64,000 nucleotides of DNA, from contig CM120642.1 of NCBI GenBank assembly GCA_051362555.1, positions 26,412,001-26,476,000 of the forward strand. Direction: 5' to 3'. The position numbers were made by a program, and so were the translations under genes. This document shows positions 14,201 through 23,302 of the stretch, piece by piece. The DNA is from Lingula anatina. Taxonomy: Eukaryota > Animalia > Brachiopoda. Each line of letters starts with the position of its first letter. Position 1 is the stretch's first letter. The notes beneath the pieces are model-generated. The model did not search any database. It was not told where the DNA came from and saw nothing but the letters and a program-made list of their open reading frames with translations.

Positions 14201-17200
14201 AAACGTGCAATCTGCTCCAACATCCCCTGAGAAAAGAAAAGAAAAAAAAAAACTGATATTTAGACAAAAAATTTACTATGGCTCTTCAAGCGGGGATTAA
14301 TGTAGAATATATGAAAAGACGTAAAATAAATGAATATTTTGAAATAAGTTAAGATTTCTAAAAATCATTTTATTTTTTTGCAAAAGGAAGGAAGAAGGAA
14401 AAGAACAAAGATTAATAGGTTATACTTAGGTGTTATTTCCATTTTAAAGAGATGTACCCTACCATGTCTCATGCCCCCCCCCCCCCCAGCAAATTCATCA
14501 TAATTTCTTACTTATAAAAAATAAAATAAGATGTAATTGAAAATTAACGCACGTGGTTCCCTGCATTTGACAGCAGCGTCAAAGTTATGGTAACATCCGT
14601 ATTTCTTAGCGTCCTCCCATCCCGGGTGCTGGCACTGCCCAAGGCTGGTCTCGTTGCCCGTACACGCCACGTCCCGTAGCCATACCGTGCCATTTGCGGG
14701 ACCGAAAAGGTAGTTCGTTACGCTATAGGATCTTATGACACCGCTAAAATCAGAAATGTATTTACATAAATAAGCGGATTACTGCATCATCTAAATAAAT
14801 TTGTCGATGAATTAAGTGATGGAACCCCTTCCAATAATAAAAAGGGACATTTCCGTAATAGAACCACTCTAGATCTAAGCATTTTAGATAGTGAGTTATC
14901 TTGATTTAAGACTGTATCAGTTGTAAGCTATTTCGATCTATAAAACTATAAATTTTTCAGAAATGTAAGTGCGCCAATTGTTCGAGGAAAGAACCCACAT
15001 GGGGAATTAATGTAATAGCGGCGCACATGTATTACGCGGGAAGAATGATAGTTTAAAACCAACATCATTTCGGGCTTGCAAAGTTTATTTAAGAAGCGCC
15101 CTCCAGTGGTGGTTTTAAATAGCTTTCCGTTAAACGAAAAGAGTACATCATGCATAGTATTTCCCGCATAATTTTTATACCAATAATGTTGTTAGACACG
15201 TGTTCTAATATATAGAACACATTTTAATACAGTCGTCTTTACTGCTGGCAGTCCCTATCAGAAGTGACTTCTGTTGTTCGAGATGACTAAAATTTTAATC
15301 TACTCATGGTGTTGCGCTCTGCTTGTCTCGGCTCGCTTACGGTCTAAATGATACGTGTATTTTCAAAATGAAAATATAAACCAACCAATTTGGTCAACGT
15401 GGGTCGACTACAACTCTGCAGGGACTCTCGCTGACTGCAATCAGCTTAACTGAATGACACGCCTCCTCCTGGCGTAAAGTAGAAAAAAGTAAAGCTGGTG
15501 ATTAAACGAAAACGTTAGAAACAAGAGGAGGCGTGCCATTAAGTAAAGCTGATTGCACTTAGCGAGAGTCCCTACGTAGAACAATGGTGTCAATGGGAAT
15601 GGGAACTGACTGTTTCCATACGTACCTAGATCCCAGCATTCTACAGATCACAAGTGCACTTGACATGTTCCAGCCGTCCCCGCACACCGAGCCCCACTCT
15701 CCCAAGTACTGCACTTCCACACGACCCTCGTATATACTGCGACCCCCCGTGAGACGAACTGCAAGGGAAAAAAAGGAGGAATCAAATGGGAGAGTATGAT
15801 ACTAGTTTGCTTAAAATCAACAGAAAAAAGTCTAGAATCAAACGTGGATGTCAAGTGAGTTAAAGTCACACAGTTACATTTGTCAGTTCTGAATTAGAAG
15901 CGTAGATTTCGATGCTTGGAGAAGATGCATAGAAGAATTAAGAACGGTAAATTATACGAAGACTATATTTCTGCCATCCGTTGGAAAATATTCTGTAATA
16001 TTTTTATACCATGTGCTTTCCTTACCTTCTATTTTTTCGGACGGGATCTCGATATTTGTGATTTCTGAAAAAGGATGTTAGCTTTTGTGTTAGCAAAATA
16101 TTCTGCTTCTTACCGCCGTTGTGGAATAGTTCAAAACATATAAAGAAAATTTCATAGTTTCGGATGAACTTTAAAAAGGTCATTTATTTCTTACTGAAAC
16201 ATAATTCCTTGGAAATGATAACAGACTTAAATTTAATGAATAGGCCTTATTTACATAAACATATTAGAAGACATTAAATTAACAGTTGCAGTCAATCTTA
16301 AATGTCCCAATTTTTTATAATTGAAATACTTTCGCTATTGATATCATTTTAGTTTGTCTTAATCTTAAACCTATTAGGCCTACATTTATATGGATTAAAA
16401 ACATTAATATTACCAAAAAAATATAATTCTTGAAATTTAATAGAACAGTGTTTTACCAGAAGCTTCTTTTATGAAAATGTCATCAAGAGCAATATCCGAA
16501 AATGATCCTTTTCCCCTTACTGCTTCAAATACGATCTAAAACGAAACGAGTGTGACTTAAAAACATACAATTTCAACTTTAGAATACGATTTTGTATACA
16601 AGACTATCAGAGGCTAGGTCCAGAAGCTGACATTTATTAAACTCTAGGCCTACTTGACTGCGAGCATCCGTTTGTAAAAAAACTTTCTTAAAATATTTCC
16701 TAAAATATTAAAACGACCAGTCAGTAAAATACCGTAAAATTTTCTTTGGCAACCAGGTGTATTTCGGCATAATGCCACAAGTTTCCGCGGTCACCCTGTC
16801 GCTGCCACACGATGCTGCTGGAAGAGCTGCCATTTTGGTACACTCTCAGCGTCCCCATGGTGGAACCTTGCATGTGGTACCAGAACGTCACGTTGTACAC
16901 TGATGACCCGTTCACCATAAACTTTGGAGTTGAAAGTTTAGATGTAGGGATACCGTAGCTGGATTCGTAGAAAGTGTAGAAACCTGAGATATGAAGAGTA
17001 CGTATTTATAGGTTATAACTGTCATATATCAGTAAATGCATATTTGAAATTGTGTGAAAATACAATATACAGTACCAAAAATAATTTCCCTTCATATTGG
17101 GTTGTTTTACTGACAGAATTAATACGACAGATTAAAGAAGAAACGCTATCAGAAGGAATGCGGGAAACAGTAACCCAAACATGTACAAACAGCGCGCGTG

Positions 17201-20200
17201 TGTCGAACCATACGAACGCACGTTTAAGCTCTCTCGTGCATGTTTCGTCAGGGAAATGTTTCAACGCAGTTTTGATTTCGCGCAACTCATCCAATACGAA
17301 TCACTAGTGTTTTGGCCATCTCACCTTTGCCGGTGCCAGTGGTGTGGTCAGTATCTGGGCCTGTGTTATAGGTGGACGTACTGCCATTTGTACGAGCCCA
17401 AGCGAAAAAACCCGTGGTATCAAATTGCATACCACAGAACCCAGTCTCAAAGGTACATGAAATATTTGTGATGGGACCTATTTTATTAAAAAATAAAAAA
17501 AGTGTAGAAGTTTTTAAAACACACAATGACTCTATAAGCATTAGCCATTTGATATCAATGTGCCTGTCTAATTTTTTTAAACAATATATACCATAAATTT
17601 GCACAAATAGTTGACATTATTTCGTTTCTCAAACATCACTTTTAAAATTGGAATGTTATATATAAAAATCTTCACGATCGTGACGTCAAAAGCGTAAAAT
17701 CATGACGTCATGACTGACTAAATGACTCACCTCCCTGACACGTGACACCGGCAACGGTTGTAGGGGAACAACCGGCATTATAGGAGTTCCAGTCCGCAGT
17801 GTATGCACACTGGGACACGGTCTTCTCCTCGCCATGACAGTTCAACATGAAGACCGGTGGGTCGCCGGTCGGGGTGGAACCAAAATATGAGAAATGATAA
17901 ATGGTAGCTGCGTTTCTGAAATAAGATGGATGTTACGTTTTTGTAAACATATAAGGGATTTCCGTCCAAGTCAAATAACATCGAAAATACAAAGCAGAGA
18001 AGTAGCAATTTTTAAATCGATCAGTAAAAAGATATTGCTTTTAGTCGAGTCACCAGCGTCATTAACCTTAGGCCACACTTTTTTATTTTTATGGATGACA
18101 TCCTGCGCGCGCACCGATTTTCGCCCGTTCTCCAAACCCCCCCCCCCCCCTCCCCCCAGCCACCAACGAAGTCGGTTGTCGCAAACGTCGTTATTCAATG
18201 TATTGAATTTGCCAGGTAATGAGCTTTCTGCGCATGCGTATTATCGCCACGTGGAAATGCGGCCGCTTTGCCGTCAAATTCATCTCTAGGATTACTTTCA
18301 AATTATACAACAATAAAAGTCATAAAGAGAACGGGCGCCGTCGTTTTGGATTGGTATGCCATTGATATTGGGCATGGAGATATCACCTTTTTACAATTGT
18401 GCGAAAGGCTGGCGGCAGCCAGCAATTATCGCCCGAAAAATTTCTGTGACATTCTGTACAAAGCAGCACATTAATACCAGGTTTTCTGTAGCGAAAAAAG
18501 GGTCGACAGGCCACCTGACAGTTTGGCTGCTTCGTGTGAGTTGAAGTAGACAAAATGGCATCGTCCGAAATGACCTTTAATAGATTTGGTAGTATTAAGC
18601 ATATCTTTGCATCATTTTTTAAACATTTCTGTGAAGTGTTCAAAATGCTTTAATATTCTGAGAATACAAATAAAGACACACTGTTTGTTTGATATTTGTT
18701 TTATTGATTGCTATACCAACTAAATGCATGAAATAACCTTAAATAGATTTGGTAATATGAAGTATAGCTATTCATGACTTTTTTTACATTTCTACGAAGT
18801 ATTCACAATGCTTTAATATTTTGAGAGCATGGATAAAGACATATTGTTAGTTTGATACGTGTTTCTGTGGTAAAATGTGTGTTGCCAGCTGTGTACTGAC
18901 AGCATTCCTTTACTTAAGCAGTATTTTTTTTTTTGACTGTTTTTTTTTTTTTTTCGCCCTCTCGCACCGATTTTGGGGTACCCAGAGGATGTCATCCATA
19001 AAAATAAAAAAGTGTGGCCTTACAGATGCTGCCTTTGTGCCAATAGCTAGTCAGTGACGTATTCGTGAAGTTCCTTTTTTCGTTTTGTTTATTATAAATC
19101 TTTTTTTTTTTTTTTTTTGTTTATTATAATCGCAGCACATTTTATCTAATCAGTTAAATGGTGGCTTTTTCTTCCGTTCAGTATCTTGAGGGAGTTTCCT
19201 TACCTAAATCCCAGCGAGTTGCAGATGACATTGGCGTCCGCCTTGCTCCAATAACTGTTACAGAGATATCGCCAAGTTGAACCGTACCGGACCTGGACAT
19301 TGCCCTCATATTCCACGCTGCCACTGACCAGTCGGACATCGGTCAGCAGACTCTGATGAGCAGTAGATGGCGCCGGTGTCGTGGTATCTAAATGGAATGT
19401 CGCTTTGATATTGATTTAATGGCGGACAAACAAGGAGGTGTGGGAAGATATTCCACTCTTTATTTAGAATGCAAACCATCGGCTCAGGACTGATTAAATC
19501 CCATCGTTAATTGCAGACGATTAACATGATATTCACCATCAAGCATTTGCACATACTTAAAAAAATATTAGGCGCTAATATTTCAAGATCTCGATCACTA
19601 ATATACAACACAATTCAAACATACAAAGTACAAAATACAATACAATGCAATGCAAAGCAACACCATGCAATATGATACAATACAATTCAATACACAGACT
19701 TAACAGTTGTTTTCACATTACCTGGTATGCATGTTATTGCTGCAACATCATTGGATGAGCAGCTGTCCCGTGACGTCAAGAATCTAAAATCACACTCAGT
19801 GATGTTGTCTTCGTGTCCATTGCAGTTCAAGTCCACGTGTAGCGGGTTTGATGCCACGGTGTTGTAATATGTGCCGCGCTGTAGCGTTACTCGATCCCTT
19901 CAATAAAACAAGGTGATAGAAGGAGAGTCCAAGCAATACATCGAGGAACAACAGTGCATCAAAAATGCACTCGCATGAAGTAAGATTTTTATTACAATTT
20001 TCGCAGGATTATACTGTTTGAAACACAACTGAGTTTTTTATCAGAGCATAATTAATTTTACTTTACGACAAAAACAAAATACTTTGGTACAGTATAAATA
20101 AGTCGCAGCCAACTTGAATTGAAAAGAAAATTATTATATTTTTGCAGGATCATACACCACTGAATCTTTAACCGAACTAGTATGTCCCGTATTACAACAA

Positions 20201-23200
20201 ACCAAAAGTCGAGCATTATTTGCTGTATTCCTACTAACGACGACAAGATAGCCTGCTTTGACTCAACATAAATCAGTACCAGCCTACTTGAATTAAAAAC
20301 GTTATTTTTGCTTATTATCAGTGAAACAGAATAAAAACCACAATTAACGTGGATTACAGCTGATATATTTTAAGTCGAAGAACACTGAACATGTTGGTGT
20401 TTTAGTTAAGAATAACTTTCGACAGAAGTCCAGCCGTCTGCGAAACTGGCCCCGTATGTCATTGCGACCGTTTCTAATACAACCATGTTGCAAATTCTTA
20501 CCCAAAGCCAAGGGTCCGGCACACCACTTGTGCGTCTGCGAAGTCAAATTTGTCTTCGCACAAATAATACCAGTGGTCATTCAGTAGCAACTGGACGTGA
20601 CCTTTGGTTGGGAGATGACCATCTGCTAAACGGACGCTAACTAGGTTTCTAAACTGCGATCTGTCTTCTGTCGGGCTTGGATTTCGCATGGTTGTTGTCG
20701 TACTTTGTGCGGTATTTTCTGTTGTAAGAGAGATCAATTAAATATAATTAAATACAATTTTTTTCTTTTTTATATGATAAAATTAGACATTTTATATGTA
20801 TTCTCTTAAATATTTTTGTATTTAAATATCATATAATATAAAATGAATTTTATTCAAATTAAATCATTAAAGCAACTTAGATATATTGTTGGATATTCAT
20901 CATTTGAAATATGTGTAAAGAGAAACAGATGCGAAATGAACATGAATGTAACACGAAATGTTTAGAATTTTTTAAAGAACAGCCCGCATTATAATGCTAT
21001 AGGCAATGATAGACAGATGGGAGGGACTAAAGGCTCCACCTTTCCCCGCAGCATCAGCGACAGTATAATGCTATAGCCAATTACAGACAGATTGGAGGGT
21101 CTAAAAAGGCTGCAAGTTCCCCTGCAGTATGATGCTATATAGCCAAAGATGGGAGGGGCAGAAAACGCTGTAATTTCCCACACAGTATTATGCCATTGGC
21201 AATGGTAGATAGTTGGGAGGGGCAAAAGAGTTTGTCACTCCCTCTCATTATAATGTTAAAGACAGTGGTAAATAAAGGGGATGAGAAAAAATAAGTTACT
21301 TCCTATAAAAAGCAGCAGTTATCATACCTTTTGGCTGTCGTCCAACCAGTAACTCCCACCTGTCCGACTGACGAGTGTAGGTGAAAGAGGTGATGTCTCC
21401 GTAACGTTGCTGTACTTCTTTCATTGCCGCGCCGGCTACGTCATCGCTGAGATATGGGCCCTCTTGGCAATGGATAATGGTATTTTGTTTGATAAGTTTT
21501 TGCTCCGCAGAAATGACGTCTCTCTTGCACTACTCAACAGATAATGTTTTTATTAAGGTTGTGCAGGACAATTAAACTTATACTATATGTGATTGTTTCT
21601 TCTTATTTTTTTCAAGATGCGTAACTTTATATCACATAACATAATTTGTAATCTTTCTGTGTTTTTCTCTACCCATGGTAAAAAGGCTCTGTTTAAAATA
21701 GACAAAAGATCCTAAGTGAGTAGTATCTAACACATTGGAAAGTCGCTGTACTTACATGGACAATAGAAACAAGACCAGCTAAATTTCCACCGTCCACTAT
21801 TCTCCATGCAGTATGCGCGCTGGAGAGCAATACCAGTATTACTTCTCCTGTGAGAGAGCCCTTCTGTGACAGCTGAACCGTCACCGTTGAGTTACTGGCG
21901 TCCTGCGCCAGGCAGTGAACCTCAAACCGCGGGTTAGGATTGTCTTGGGAGCAGCTCTGGATTGCCCTGGCGGGAACACTTTTTCCAGCAAAGTAAGGCG
22001 TCGCTGCAACACCAGCTCTTCTGTCGGGTAAAACTTGGCAGTCCCCGAAATGCATTTTGGTAAATTTTAAAGACTGAAAAAATATGTTTAAAATGTTTTT
22101 AAAAATTAAGATTGCAGTATGAGACCAGCGGCTTGTTTTCTTTTCATTTTTGCACAAATGTATGGTATGGACTGTTTAACAATTAGAATTATGCGCGTCA
22201 CCCTGAATTTTAGAGTACACTGAAAACTCACCTCTCTGTTATGCTCTATCATCTATTCAAACGAACATAAATCATTTGTAAACTCTTCACTTTTAATTAA
22301 ATAAATAAAACAACTAGTAAACCTGTAATAATTACCACATAAACCAGTCGTAGCAATGCGAGAGCCCAGTGACTTTTATTGTAAATATAAAACTGAAGTA
22401 AAGCATACACTTATACAGTATAAAAATTAATGGTCAATATACACTGTAAACGTTTGCTATATGGTGACTCTTGGCTGAATGAATAAGAACGTCTAACGTT
22501 CTCTCGTACAAGAATACCTCATTTGAATAAATGAACAGTACTTCACACTCCTGAAATTATCATTGGCCTACACCTGTAAAAACTACTCGTCTACAATATT
22601 TTAACCAACCGTGAACCTTATACAAGTACATCTATCTATATGCCACCCCCGTTACCAGTATCGAAGGTATACTGATAGTAGAGAGACGAGTTGCCAGTGT
22701 ACTCTGACACAAGGTGACGCGTTTCTGCCTATCGCGTTTATGCCTATAAAATCATTTGAATCTAAGATCCAGCATAACAATAACGCCGGAGCCCAATTTG
22801 AATATATTCGAATCCAAATTTGTAAGAAAGAAAAAAAGAAGTAAAGAAATTAGTTAAAAATCTTATAACTCACCTCAGCAGAGGGCAAGGGAATGTCTTG
22901 ACTGTCCGATCCTTTCTTTGAATACAAAGCTATCAATACAATCACTACTACAGCTAATATTGCACATATTACAACGGTAACAGCCAAGCATCCTATAAGC
23001 CATCTTCTCGTTTCTTTACTCTTCTTAATCTGGTGTCTGTACAGGCTTGAGGTAGCAGAGCCCACAGATAACCTCCTATATTTTCCATTGCCCGTGTCTG
23101 CGCCATTAGGCGATGCTGGCTCAGCCTCGTAAAGCGACGTGGGGCTACTGGGGACAGGTGATTGAGACAGCGTGGACGTGGGCCGGGGTATTCGGAACAT

Positions 23201-23302
23201 TGTGAGATAGCTCTCTTCGTCGACGCTGCCCGATTCTTGGGTTGAATTCTCCTTGAAAATTTCGTTGGAATACGGAATCTCATGCATCGGATGCGACTCC
23301 AT
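5592..23302 (-). CDS. Type II transmembrane multidomain scavenger/lectin receptor: TM - TGFBR3/endoglin orphan-like - SRCRx2 - MAM - SRCR - MAM - SRCR - MAMx2 - SRCR - ChtBD2 - C-type lectin (~1823 aa, 29 coding exons)
   Basis: GT-AG exons with consistent phases and no internal stop: 22874-23302, 21756-22073, 21328-21529, 20502-20718, 19722-19897, 19204-19387, 17731-17915, 17325-17477, 16733-16983, 16457-16535, 16026-16064, 15626-15758, 14553-14743, 14077-14226, 13239-13510, 12776-12869, 11868-12033, 11324-11502, 10706-10882, 10135-10403, 9709-9787, 9306-9461, 8571-8824, 8180-8258, 7756-7939, 7246-7427, 6614-6871, 6155-6323, 5592-5838 (sum 5472 nt). Domain motifs are given in the sub-features. 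Confidence 0.88.
6614..6871 (-). CDS. Receptor chitin-binding type 2 (peritrophin-A/CBM14) domain exon
   Basis: Six-Cys pattern [33 protein letters not shown], preceded by a Thr/Pro linker. Phase 1-1 exon. Confidence 0.85.
7246..7939 (-). CDS. Receptor SRCR domain 5 (2 exons)
   Basis: [44 protein letters not shown] | [47 protein letters not shown]. Confidence 0.95.
8180..10882 (-). CDS. Receptor MAM domains 3 and 4 (3 exons each)
   Basis: [20 protein letters not shown] | [27 protein letters not shown] | [20 protein letters not shown]. Second copy: [20 protein letters not shown] | [21 protein letters not shown] | [13 protein letters not shown]. Confidence 0.93.
8456..8512. repeat. Compound (CA)n(GA)n microsatellite
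   Basis: Directly visible, intronic. Confidence 0.95.
11324..12033 (-). CDS. Receptor SRCR domain 4 (2 exons)
   Basis: [44 protein letters not shown] | [44 protein letters not shown]. Confidence 0.95.
12201..12338. mobile_element. Decayed palindromic MITE-like element
   Basis: Nested palindromes (GGATAGCGCTATCC at 12302-12315, CGGATAGTATTATCCG), a second AGCGCTATCC near 12214, and a TTTGAACTGGGCCCTG end. Resembles short fold-back repeats common in marine invertebrates; the left end is degraded. Confidence 0.4.
12776..14226 (-). CDS. Receptor MAM domain 2 (3 exons)
   Basis: [26 protein letters not shown] | [27 protein letters not shown] | [14 protein letters not shown]. Confidence 0.92.
14553..15758 (-). 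CDS. Receptor SRCR domain 3 (2 exons)
   Basis: [43 protein letters not shown] | [41 protein letters not shown]. Confidence 0.93.
16026..17477 (-). CDS. Receptor MAM domain 1 (3 exons) plus a 39-nt linker exon
   Basis: [35 protein letters not shown] | [34 protein letters not shown] | [20 protein letters not shown]. Linker exon 16026-16064 is phase 1-1. Confidence 0.92.
17731..20718 (-). CDS. Receptor SRCR domains 1 and 2 (divergent; 4 exons)
   Basis: [39 protein letters not shown] | [24 protein letters not shown] and [39 protein letters not shown] | [24 protein letters not shown]. Six Cys each. Confidence 0.9.
18071..19019. mobile_element. Non-autonomous PIF/Harbinger-type DNA transposon, 949 bp, intronic
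   Basis: 34-bp TIRs GGCCACACTTTTTTATTTTTATGGATGACATCCT, TTA target-site duplication (18068-18070, 19020-19022), an internal diverged direct repeat (~18567-18700 / 18730-18865), and no transposase ORF. Confidence 0.88.
20988..21285. repeat. Degenerate ~60-70 bp minisatellite, about 5 units, intronic
   Basis: Recurring core CA(G/T)TAT(A/G/T)ATGCTATAG..A(G)ATGGGAGGG..AAAGGCT. Confidence 0.75.
21328..22073 (-). CDS. Receptor juxtamembrane module resembling one repeat of the betaglycan (TGFBR3)/endoglin orphan region (2 exons)
   Basis: C..(20-30 aa)..[34 protein letters not shown] | ..[13 protein letters not shown]. This parallels the remembered betaglycan motifs GCAS..PQEVHVL..VTLHL..VVFLLNS..VWHL..LATGV..ARKEYGAVTSFT. 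No search was run. Confidence 0.65.
22874..23302 (-). CDS. Receptor first coding exon: ~100 aa Ser/Pro-rich cytoplasmic tail and signal-anchor TM
   Basis: No N-terminal signal peptide. Basic IKKSKETRR is followed by hydrophobic [27 protein letters not shown], so the positive-inside rule gives type II topology. Confidence 0.88.

Noticed and set aside
17680-17713. Two TGACGTCA (CRE) palindromes in a receptor intron
   Set aside because: No supporting context; such motifs are frequent in repeat remnants.
20988-21285. Regularly spaced repeats as a CRISPR-like array
   Set aside because: Eukaryotic intron, degenerate whole units with no unique spacers, and no cas genes.
22650-22745. Candidate extra receptor exon with an RQKR furin-like motif
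   Set aside because: A phase 0 entry gives an immediate TAA, and the flanking exons already join in frame without it.
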